Below, one piece after another: positions 37,639-45,370 of a stretch of 64,000 bases of DNA. This DNA comes from a virus. Made by a program: the position numbers and the translations under genes. Each line of letters begins with the position of its first letter. Position 1 is the first letter of the stretch. The notes beneath the pieces were generated by a model. The model saw nothing but the letters and a program-made list of their open reading frames with translations, was not told the origin of the DNA and did not search any database. The stretch lies in the IMG/VR virus record IMGVR_UViG_3300025168_013179, positions 33,787-97,786 of that record; one strand, written 5' to 3'.

Positions 37639-37640
37639 AC

Positions 37641-38354
37641 TTAATGTTTACATATTGAAGCTAATTCGATATTTTTATAAAACTCTGCTTTAGCTGAGTC
37701 TTCATCTAAGAATGCTCCTGTTAATTTAGCTGTTTGCATTGAAGCTCCTTGATGTTTGACTCCTCTACAACTAACACAGTTATGAGTAGCTGAAATCATC
37801 ACAGCGACGCCTAAATTACCTTCACATATCTTGTTTACTGCATTATGTATTGCTACAGTAAGTTGTTCTTGTATAGCACCTCTTCTACCGAATTGCTCTA
37901 CGATTCTATTAAGCTTTGATAACCCAACTACTTTACCCTCAGCTGAAGCAATATATGCTATGCTTACATTACCTCCTATAGTTTGATGATGATGGGAACA
38001 CATTGAATGAACTGGTATGTTACTTTCTTGTACTATTCCATCATATCCATCAGAAGGAAAAGCTGTGATCTTATCTAAAGGTTCATATCTTCCTTTCCAT
38101 AAATCATTAACGTAAGCTTTTGCTACTCTCCTAGGAGTATCAGATGAATTTGGATCTCTTCTCCATTCACAGCCTAATTCATCTAAAAATAATCCAAATT
38201 TATGAGCTGCTTTATTAATAATGTCTTCTTTTTCAAATTCAGTTAGTCTTGCTTCTTCACCTTCTATTCTCTGTTTATTATATAGTTGAGTAGATATACC
38301 ATTTGCATACCCAGGCTCTACTAACTCAGTACCTTCTATAAATTTTTTTGCCAT
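37641..38354 (-). CDS. folE: GTP cyclohydrolase I
   Basis: TPRRVAK, SMCSHH, GLSKL, QE and H.C...RG motifs. Confidence 0.95.
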   Translation of the reverse strand: MAKKFIEGTELVEPGYANGISTQLYNKQRIEGEEARLTEFEKEDIINKAAHKFGLFLDELGCEWRRDPNSSDTPRRVAKAYVNDLWKGRYEPLDKITAFPSDGYDGIVQESNIPVHSMCSHHHQTIGGNVSIAYIASAEGKVVGLSKLNRIVEQFGRRGAIQEQLTVAIHNAVNKICEGNLGVAVMISATHNCVSCRGVKHQGASMQTAKLTGAFLDEDSAKAEFYKNIELASICKH

Positions 38355-38388
38355 TTAGTTTGTTTTTTTATGAGGTTCTACGACTCAT
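38355..38388 (-). ncRNA. preQ1-I riboswitch-like aptamer in folE leader
   Basis: AUGAG-UCGUAGAAC-CUCAU-AAAAAAACAAA-CUAA then AUG. Confidence 0.8.
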
Positions 38389-38397
38389 TATTAATAT

Positions 38398-38427
38398 AAT
38401 ATAAGAATAATATTTTAATTATCCAAA
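38398..38427 (-). promoter_or_regulatory. Bacteroidetes-type -33/-7 promoter for folE
   Basis: TTTG-N18-CTTATATT. Confidence 0.7.
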
Positions 38428-38837
38428 TAATCTTGTTTAGTATTACTATCATTTCTCTCCCATGGAAATACTAACCATCTATCATCTTCTATTTTTTCTC
38501 CGTAGTATTCTGGGATAGTTTCTGATATGTATCTCATACATAAAGTAGCTGTAATAAATCTAGGAGCATAGTCTTTCATAGTGACTCCTGAATCACATAT
38601 ATCGTCTACTAGTAATATATCTTCGTTTTTGAATCTAAGATCATGTCGACCATACTTCTTAGCTTCGTCGAATGGAATGTAGGCTACACCTAATTTATGA
38701 CTTAACATGATAGCAGGTATTAGGCCACCTCTAGGAATACCTGAGATATATCTTAATTTTTTATCCTTTAATCTTTCTGCTAATTCTTCTATTTGATCGT
38801 CGACCCATTTCCAGGACATAAAAACCTTTTCTTTCAT
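38415..38837 (-). CDS. Purine phosphoribosyltransferase (Gpt-like)
   Basis: GIPRGG, VDDICDSG.T and WLVFPWE motifs. Confidence 0.85.
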   Translation of the reverse strand: MKEKVFMSWKWVDDQIEELAERLKDKKLRYISGIPRGGLIPAIMLSHKLGVAYIPFDEAKKYGRHDLRFKNEDILLVDDICDSGVTMKDYAPRFITATLCMRYISETIPEYYGEKIEDDRWLVFPWERNDSNTKQDYLDN

Positions 38838-38840
38838 AAC

Positions 38841-38975
38841 TTATTTAAATTTGTGATCTACCCATTTTTTGTAGTAATATAAACCCATCACTAAACTTAC
38901 GCCTATCGCTCCATCAATCCAATTAGTGAGTTCTTTATATCCTCCTGATTGCCAAAGTTCTGCTAGTGTATCCAT
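38841..38975 (-). CDS. Small membrane protein, 44 aa, absent from ORF track
   Basis: MDTLAELWQSGGYKELTNWIDGAIGVSLVMGLYYYKKWVDHKFK. Confidence 0.55.
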   Translation of the reverse strand: MDTLAELWQSGGYKELTNWIDGAIGVSLVMGLYYYKKWVDHKFK

Positions 38976-38979
38976 ACTA

Positions 38980-39096
38980 TTAGGTTGTAGTCATAGTCCA
39001 CATCGGATGCAGTTGATAAGCAACAGTATTATTACCCGAAGGTACTACTTCTTCCAACTTTTCTTTAATTAGTGTAATAAATAAGTCTTTAGTCAT
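38980..39096 (-). CDS. Small protein, 38 aa, absent from ORF track
   Basis: MTKDLFITLIKEKLEEVVPSGNNTVAYQLHPMWTMTTT; start overlaps upstream stop. Confidence 0.5.
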   Translation of the reverse strand: MTKDLFITLIKEKLEEVVPSGNNTVAYQLHPMWTMTTT

Positions 39097-39697
39097 TACA
39101 ATTTACTTCGTATTCTTCCCATTCTTTAATAGGATCTATATTAGGAAAATAAAAACACTTTGTAGTATTATCATCTAAAAATTTGATATGCTTTTCGAAA
39201 CCTGAAGGTAGTGTGGCTCCGTTAGCCATAACTGAATCTGAAAATATAACGTTAATGGTAATTTCTAAATCTTGTTCATCATCCCATTTACGTTCTTCGG
39301 CTTCTAATAATCTCCATGCCCCTCTATTAAGTTTATCTTTCTGCAATGCGCAGTTAAGGAATGAAAATGTCTGTTTTAAGTTTTCGTTTGAATCTGAGAA
39401 TGTAGCAGCAGGTGCTAAATGACCTTTGTCATAAGGGTAACCTTTGTAATCGTTATTATCAGAAGTGTAGTAATCTTTTTCTGTTCTGAAATTCATAGAA
39501 CCCCTATCTACGTTTTTTGGTCTATCAGTAGATAAATATGTTAGGGTAATTGGTTGTTGTTTACTCTCTGAGTAAAAGACAGTGAAAATAGGTGTCTCAA
39601 CGGTAAGGTCTTCACAACATTCTCTTTTTTCTTGGGATAATCCTTCATTGGAGCTGCCCATTAGTGCTAGTATTACTAGTAATCTAAGTGTTTTCAT
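39089..39697 (-). CDS. Secreted DNA/RNA non-specific endonuclease (NucA-like)
   Basis: Signal peptide; YDKGHLAP and N...Q...LNRG.W..LE motifs. Confidence 0.85.
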   Translation of the reverse strand: MKTLRLLVILALMGSSNEGLSQEKRECCEDLTVETPIFTVFYSESKQQPITLTYLSTDRPKNVDRGSMNFRTEKDYYTSDNNDYKGYPYDKGHLAPAATFSDSNENLKQTFSFLNCALQKDKLNRGAWRLLEAEERKWDDEQDLEITINVIFSDSVMANGATLPSGFEKHIKFLDDNTTKCFYFPNIDPIKEWEEYEVNCND

Positions 39698-39947
39698 AAT
39701 TTAATCCGAAAAATTCGTAATTTTTCTTTACATATTTGTTAGTGCCCTCTTGTTCAATAGCTTCTTCTTCTGAGTCATAGATTGCTTCTACCGGGCATTC
39801 ATAGATGCAAGCTCCGCAGTCAATGCACGTATCAGGATTAATGTACATTGATTCTTCCGCTTCGAGAATACAATCCTCTATTGGACAAACCAGTATACAT
39901 GCACCATCCTTTGTGTCAATGCATTTACTGCCAATGATATGGCTCAT
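39684..39947 (-). CDS. Dicluster Fe-S ferredoxin
   Basis: C.......C...CP and CIDCGAC...CP motifs. Confidence 0.9.
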   Translation of the reverse strand: MSHIIGSKCIDTKDGACILVCPIEDCILEAEESMYINPDTCIDCGACIYECPVEAIYDSEEEAIEQEGTNKYVKKNYEFFGLNYENT

Positions 39948-40156
39948 TAGACTTTAATATACTTCTCTAATATTTCTAATCTTTCGTGTGCTGATGATAA
40001 TAATTTTAATGCTTCTTCACAGTTATCCCAATAGTCTTTTGTGGAATGATCTCCTATTCCAGCAGGGTGAGATGTTAAGATAGTGAAACTTGCTAATGCT
40101 TTTGCTTTATCAGCTTCTGCTTGTTTTTTTAAAAATTGGTAGACGTGTTCTTTCAT
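39947..40156 (-). CDS. Hypothetical phage protein
   Basis: GIGDHS motif; coupled ORF. Confidence 0.65.
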   Translation of the reverse strand: MKEHVYQFLKKQAEADKAKALASFTILTSHPAGIGDHSTKDYWDNCEEALKLLSSAHERLEILEKYIKV

Positions 40157-40171
40157 ACTTAATTGTTTATA

Positions 40172-40963
40172 TTATACTTCTCTTTGATCTTCAAATGCTA
40201 TAATGTGCGGTCTCCAGGTCATTCTATACCCGTTATCCCTAACCCAGTCGAATAGTATTGGGTATGATTTATATAATGCCGCTCTTGAGTCCCCTGCTGG
40301 CATAAACCAGACTTTATCTTTAGGAGCATCAAGAAGGGATATACATTCCATAATTTCCTTTAATGAATTGTTGTCTTTACCGTCCCAAACAGGTTTGAGG
40401 TGGTAATCTGAATGATATTTAATACTTTTCTTAATAGCCTCATAGTTTAATCTAAACCTATTATGCGTTTTAATCATCATCTCTGCTCTCCTGCCCTCTA
40501 ATTTCTGTCCATTAGGTAAAGTAGCTCCATCTTGAGGAACTGAATTACTGAACTTAGGGCTAATACTTAGTAGATTAATAGGGTAATCAGTTTCTAAGTA
40601 ATGAGAACCTTCTGTCTCGATAGTTATAAATATGTCTCTTTCTTTAGCAAAGTGAGTTAATTCGTTAACTAATTTAGGATGCATAGTCGGTGAACCTCCA
40701 GTTAACATCATTTCTGATATTTGAGGATTATCGTCATACATTTTTACTATGTCGTTAAAAGACCATTTGCCTTTTTCCGGATGAATACTTGTATACCAAC
40801 TATCACACCACCCTCCTTCTCCAAAAAAACATCTATGAGTACAGCCAGTAGTTCTAATTACAACTGTAGGGTACCCTGCTCTGGAACCTTCTGACTGTAC
40901 TGCTGTATAAATCTCTACTATCGGTAGATTTTTATTATAATCTTCAATTCGACCCAGGGACAT
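40172..40963 (-). CDS. queE: 7-carboxy-7-deazaguanine synthase (radical SAM)
   Basis: Q.EG..AG.P.V.IR..GC, WCDS, TGG.P, ETEG and SPK motifs. Confidence 0.92.
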   Translation of the reverse strand: MSLGRIEDYNKNLPIVEIYTAVQSEGSRAGYPTVVIRTTGCTHRCFFGEGGWCDSWYTSIHPEKGKWSFNDIVKMYDDNPQISEMMLTGGSPTMHPKLVNELTHFAKERDIFITIETEGSHYLETDYPINLLSISPKFSNSVPQDGATLPNGQKLEGRRAEMMIKTHNRFRLNYEAIKKSIKYHSDYHLKPVWDGKDNNSLKEIMECISLLDAPKDKVWFMPAGDSRAALYKSYPILFDWVRDNGYRMTWRPHIIAFEDQREV

Positions 40964-41456
40964 ATATGGCTGCGTTTTTTCCGTGTTCTCTAAATTCTAC
41001 TTTTGCAATTTTAACTCTTCCTTTTGTTTCCTTAAGCACAAATTTATTTACCTTATTATAAACAAACTCTGCGAATCTTTCTGCTCCTACAGCATCTATA
41101 ACTCTAACTTGAGCTACTCCTACTTCTCCCATTTTTAAAAAAGAATCTTTAAAAGGATCATCATTAGCTACTATAAAGGTATGATCGAACATATAATCAA
41201 ACCAATCTTTAGGAGACTTACCTCCTATTTTAGTCTTTGCTCTTTTCATTCCGCCAAAATCCCATACCCAGTTTCTTTCGTCTAAATCTCCTTCAAACCA
41301 TAATTTAAAAGATATACCGTACCCATGTAAAAATCTACAATGAGTACCATCTGCTTTCCACTGTCTAAATACTGTAGAAAATCCATCAAAAACCTTAGTA
41401 GACAAAAATTTAGGTTTTTGGATTGCTTTTTTTGATAATTTACTATGATATACCAT
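40944..41456 (-). CDS. queD: 6-carboxytetrahydropterin synthase
   Basis: HCRFLHG, DFG, FDH and AE motifs. Confidence 0.9.
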   Translation of the reverse strand: MVYHSKLSKKAIQKPKFLSTKVFDGFSTVFRQWKADGTHCRFLHGYGISFKLWFEGDLDERNWVWDFGGMKRAKTKIGGKSPKDWFDYMFDHTFIVANDDPFKDSFLKMGEVGVAQVRVIDAVGAERFAEFVYNKVNKFVLKETKGRVKIAKVEFREHGKNAAIYVPGSN

Positions 41457-41773
41457 TATACTAGTTCTTCTCCAATTCCTACTAATTCTGCTAAAAATAA
41501 TCCAATAAACCCTATTTCAATCATACCAAAGAAACCAAAAGCACAAGCTGCTAGTCTAATTGCTGATTTAATAAAGCTAATTCTCTGATGTAAAAAAGCA
41601 TCAGGTAAATCTGTGCTAGTTGAGTTTTTAATTTCTACCAATTCTAACTTCAGATCATTAAGCTGAGTTTGATATGTGATATTCTTTGATTGTCGACCTT
41701 CAAGGTCTTGTAATTCGGCAGTTACATCTTTATCGGTGATGTGTATCTGTTCGCCTTTTCTAAATATAGCCAT
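41456..41773 (-). CDS. Hypothetical protein with C-terminal TM hairpin; first gene of the queD-queE unit
   Basis: Coiled coil followed by hydrophobic C-terminus; stop overlaps queD start. Confidence 0.65.
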   Translation of the reverse strand: MAIFRKGEQIHITDKDVTAELQDLEGRQSKNITYQTQLNDLKLELVEIKNSTSTDLPDAFLHQRISFIKSAIRLAACAFGFFGMIEIGFIGLFLAELVGIGEELV

Positions 41774-41806
41774 TTTCCGTGTTTTTAAAGTGGTGCTGTG
41801 ACACTA
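41774..41806 (-). ncRNA. Second preQ1-I riboswitch-like aptamer
   Basis: UAGUG-UCACAGCAC-CACUU-UAAAAACA-CGG-AAA then AUG. Confidence 0.7.
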
Positions 41807-41825
41807 TTGTCTGTTATGTTTAAGT

Positions 41826-41855
41826 AAGATACGATAAATATTTATTATATCCAAA
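41826..41855 (-). promoter_or_regulatory. Bacteroidetes-type -33/-7 promoter for the queD/queE unit
   Basis: TTTG-N18-CGTATCTT. Confidence 0.7.
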
Positions 41856-41858
41856 TAT

Positions 41859-41969
41859 TTAAAAGTTTTTATACGTAAAAGGGTCTCTTTTTTTAAGTTC
41901 TTTTAATTTTTCTTCAAACTCTTTATCTAATTTTTCTTTTAATTTTTTTTCTTTTTCTTCTTCTGTCAT
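41859..41969 (-). CDS. Small Lys/Glu-rich peptide, 36 aa, ending KRDPFTYKNF
   Basis: Hand translation; ATGA-coupled to the carbamoyltransferase. Confidence 0.55.
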   Translation of the reverse strand: MTEEEKEKKLKEKLDKEFEEKLKELKKRDPFTYKNF

Positions 41970-43657
41970 TTTTTTCGTTTTATTAAATAGTTATTTATTA
42001 CTAGAATATCTATTTCAGAGCTTATAAATCTTTCTATAGCCTGTAACGGTGTTCTAGTAATAGTCTGATCTTTAAGGTTAAATGAAGTATTAAGTAAAAC
42101 TTCATGTCCGGTTACTTTACCTACTTCTTTAAGTAGCTTGTAATAGTTCGGATTAGATTGATTTGTAACTGTTTGTACTCTCGATGAACCGTCTATATGA
42201 GTAGCAGCATTAAATAAGTTACTCTTATTTTTAGCTACTATATTCATATAAGGGACTGGTTCTTTAATATCAAAATATTTCTTAGCATTGTCTAAGGTAA
42301 CAGAAGGTGCAAAAGGTCTAAAACCTTCTCTTTTTTTAATAATCTTATTTAACCTTTTCCTCATATTGGCATACTTTGGAGAAGCTATAATTGACCTATT
42401 ACCTAATGCTCTAGCTCCAAATTCCATTCTCTCTCTAAATAATGCAATAATTTTCTCTTCATTAATAGCATTAGCTAAGTGAACTAATAGCTCATCATTA
42501 TGATGTCTTTTAAAATTAATGAAGTTACTAAAATAACTTAATACCGGTATAATTTCGCTATCTTTATAAGAATCACCTAAATAGGGATTATTATTGTTTC
42601 TACGTTTACCTTTCCAGCTGACTACTGAACTATTGTTAATATAGCTATGTAAACAAGCACCTATAGCAGAACCAGCATCAGAAGGAGCGAAAGGTATATG
42701 TACTGATTTAAAGTATTCGTATGCTTTTATATTAGCTACACCGTTATACGCACATCCTCCTCCTAAGCAGATATTATCACTTTTAGTTAATTTTTTTGCA
42801 GTTTTAAGTAACTTACTAAATTGGAATTCATAAACTTTCTGTAATGCTGCCGCTAAGTCTTTATGGTCCTGTAACATAGGCTCCTCAGGAAATTTCGGGG
42901 CAAGTTCTAGTAACTGACATAGTTCTAAATTAAACATTATCTTATCTGAATATTCCCACGTGAAAAAGGTTTGATCAATTTCAAATTTACTATCAGTATT
43001 ATTAAAAATAGAATTTAACTTATCAAAGTACCTATCAGGGTTCCCAAACGGAGCTAATCCCATAATTTTATACTCTCCCTCGTTTGGTTTAAATCCTAAA
43101 AAAGCTGTAATAGCGGAATATAACATTCCTAGTGAATTAGGAAAATCAATCGATAGTTTTTTTGTAATCTTACCGTTAACTGCCTTAGATATAGTAATAG
43201 TTTCCCATTCTCCAACACCGTCAACAGTTAATATAGCTGCATGTTTATAAGGGCTAGTAAAATATGAAAAAGCACCGTGAGATAAGTGATGGTCTATGTA
43301 TTTAATCTTACCGGTATAGTTAAAATAACAGTATAGTAGAATTTTTGGTGATAATAGGTAGTACTTAGTAAGGAATTTTAGTTTATTAAATAAGGTTCTA
43401 AAAGGTTTTTTAGCAAAAGTTTTAACAACCCTATCCTTCTTAGTCTTAGGATTTTCATACCAGCATACTTCGTCTATATCGTTTATATTCTGGATGTTAG
43501 CTTTTTTTAATAACCATTGTATGGAGCAAACAGGAAATGAACTGTCATGTTTAATTTCAGTAAATCTTTCCTCCTCTATTGCACTAATTACTTTACCGTC
43601 TTTTACTAAGCAAGCTGCTGCATCATGATAAAAAGCGGAGATTCCTAATTGTAGCAT
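41966..43657 (-). CDS. Carbamoyltransferase (NodU/CmcH family)
   Basis: HDAAA, EEERF, HHLSH, DGVGE, EFGARALGNRS and LNTSFN motifs. Confidence 0.92.
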   Translation of the reverse strand: MLQLGISAFYHDAAACLVKDGKVISAIEEERFTEIKHDSSFPVCSIQWLLKKANIQNINDIDEVCWYENPKTKKDRVVKTFAKKPFRTLFNKLKFLTKYYLLSPKILLYCYFNYTGKIKYIDHHLSHGAFSYFTSPYKHAAILTVDGVGEWETITISKAVNGKITKKLSIDFPNSLGMLYSAITAFLGFKPNEGEYKIMGLAPFGNPDRYFDKLNSIFNNTDSKFEIDQTFFTWEYSDKIMFNLELCQLLELAPKFPEEPMLQDHKDLAAALQKVYEFQFSKLLKTAKKLTKSDNICLGGGCAYNGVANIKAYEYFKSVHIPFAPSDAGSAIGACLHSYINNSSVVSWKGKRRNNNNPYLGDSYKDSEIIPVLSYFSNFINFKRHHNDELLVHLANAINEEKIIALFRERMEFGARALGNRSIIASPKYANMRKRLNKIIKKREGFRPFAPSVTLDNAKKYFDIKEPVPYMNIVAKNKSNLFNAATHIDGSSRVQTVTNQSNPNYYKLLKEVGKVTGHEVLLNTSFNLKDQTITRTPLQAIERFISSEIDILVINNYLIKRKK

Positions 43658-43666
43658 AGTTAACGT

Positions 43667-44020
43667 TTATAACTTACCGTCTTTTCTCATTTTTGCTCTA
43701 ATTTTTGTAGCAGAAACTTCGTCAATTTCAGTAGGCGGTACATGCTCTATAACGTCATAGCCTACTCCTCTTCCATAGTTAACAGATTCTATGTCCGGTA
43801 TTATACTAATAAATATCCTTCCTTCTACAATTAGACCGTGTAGTTCCTTTTGAATATTCATCATTACTTCATGTGCTGTCCAAGGTTGGTTATCACTTGG
43901 TTCTACATCACGAATTGCTATCCATACGTTTTTACCTTGATTTAATCTTTGATCGATTAACCAACGGTGACCGGCATGCCATGGTTGCCATCTTCCAATA
44001 AACATTGAATACTTTTTCAT
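43667..44020 (-). CDS. Small HxGH nucleotidyltransferase
   Basis: GRWQPWHAGH and SATKIR motifs. Confidence 0.8.
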   Translation of the reverse strand: MKKYSMFIGRWQPWHAGHRWLIDQRLNQGKNVWIAIRDVEPSDNQPWTAHEVMMNIQKELHGLIVEGRIFISIIPDIESVNYGRGVGYDVIEHVPPTEIDEVSATKIRAKMRKDGKL

Positions 44021-44361
44021 ATACCTTCATCTCTTATTAAATTATAACAAATTGCTCTATCACCCGGTTCTTTTGGAGATAAATCATTAATTAAGTATCT
44101 TGGACCTCTTTCTATTCCCATAATTAATCTATCGTAAGGTATATTACCTTGAATGAGCTCGAATTGAGTCTGTGCTCTCATAAATTTAGTATCCGGTCGT
44201 GCTGTTGTAAGAATAATCATATGACCTTCATCTCTTGCTTGTTGTAAAAATTGTTTTGTAGACTTTATTACAACTGCCGGATTATCGAGATATGTATCAA
44301 ATTCTCTGTACTTAAAAATAGTACCGTCTATATCTACAAAGTATGTTTTCTTTTTAACCAT
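44017..44361 (-). CDS. HAD-superfamily phosphatase-like protein
   Basis: DIDGT and TAR motifs. Confidence 0.75.
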   Translation of the reverse strand: MVKKKTYFVDIDGTIFKYREFDTYLDNPAVVIKSTKQFLQQARDEGHMIILTTARPDTKFMRAQTQFELIQGNIPYDRLIMGIERGPRYLINDLSPKEPGDRAICYNLIRDEGI

Positions 44362-44800
44362 AAATGTAATTTGATATTTTTAATAAAGAATCCTCTGGTG
44401 AATCTAAAGTAGTATCTATATCTAAAAAGTTATCGACAGGTGCTATATAATCATCAGCCCAGTATTTTTCTCGTCCTCTTTTTCCATTTTCAGGGTTATA
44501 ATGTACGTGTATTTCTTTTAATTGCCAGGATAATTTATCTTTAAACTCTTCTCGTTGGTAAATATATGGAGATACTAGAGAAACTATCACGTCCTTTCCT
44601 TTATTATGTAAGTAATGTGCAATTTTTTGTGCTGCATCTATATTTGCTAATCTTCCTTTCTCTGAATAATCCTTATTAGCAAATAACTCTCTCATTTCAT
44701 CTCCATCTATACGGAACGCATGTGGCATCCATTTATCCTTGAGAGAGTCAGCTAATGTAGTTTTTCCAGAATGTGGTTGACCTGTAAACCAGAATATCAT
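44354..44800 (-). CDS. cysC: Adenylylsulfate kinase
   Basis: WFTG..HSGKTT, DGD..R, R..N and VSP motifs. Confidence 0.8.
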   Translation of the reverse strand: MIFWFTGQPHSGKTTLADSLKDKWMPHAFRIDGDEMRELFANKDYSEKGRLANIDAAQKIAHYLHNKGKDVIVSLVSPYIYQREEFKDKLSWQLKEIHVHYNPENGKRGREKYWADDYIAPVDNFLDIDTTLDSPEDSLLKISNYIYG

Positions 44801-45270
44801 TACCCTATATGTTTTTTAACTTTTGAATTACCAAATAGTAAGTATAAACTCCAAACCAAAGAAGGTATGAATAATACTAAGTAAGTAGTGTAATCTCCAT
44901 TAGGTAATGTTCCAGCTGATTCATTTAATTGTTCCATTCCACTATTAGGATTAAATCCTTCTAATATAAAAGAGTATATAAATGTTACTGCTACTAACCA
45001 TCCTGCTTTTCCAGGAAAAAATGCATTAATTCTTTTATATGTTGATGCTAATGAAAACCAAATCATTGGAATTAAAAATAAACATCCTAGCATTATAAGT
45101 AATCCTGCAATAATTAGATCTGATTCTATTAGAGCAACTCCTATACCTAGGAATATTCCAATTGGGATAAAAAATAATACGGTTGCTAATCCTCTTAAAA
45201 GGTAATCTGTTCCATTAGTGGTATTTTTAAATTGAAAGTACTTACCAAACTTTTCTTTTAAATATTTCAT
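44800..45270 (-). CDS. DUF805-like membrane protein
   Basis: YFQF.....Y start, four TM segments, LA.TYKR motif. Confidence 0.6.
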   Translation of the reverse strand: MKYLKEKFGKYFQFKNTTNGTDYLLRGLATVLFFIPIGIFLGIGVALIESDLIIAGLLIMLGCLFLIPMIWFSLASTYKRINAFFPGKAGWLVAVTFIYSFILEGFNPNSGMEQLNESAGTLPNGDYTTYLVLFIPSLVWSLYLLFGNSKVKKHIG

Positions 45271-45289
45271 CTTTTGTTTTTAAAATTAG

Positions 45290-45362
45290 AGCCTCTAGTA
45301 GGAGTCGAACCTACAGACTTCTCTTTACAAGTGAGATGCTTTTCCTATTAAGCTTCAGAGGC
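45290..45362 (-). tRNA. tRNA-Thr(UGU), CCA not encoded
   Basis: GCCTCTG/TAGAGGC acceptor stem, CT-TGT-AA anticodon loop, GTAGG-TTCGACT-CCTAC T arm. Confidence 0.85.
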
Positions 45363-45370
45363 ATTCCGTA

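Noticed and set aside
38976-39088. Apparent structured leader with a UUCG hairpin resembling a riboswitch
   Set aside because: Fully explained by a translationally coupled 38-aa ORF (38980-39096); no match to aptamer classes I know
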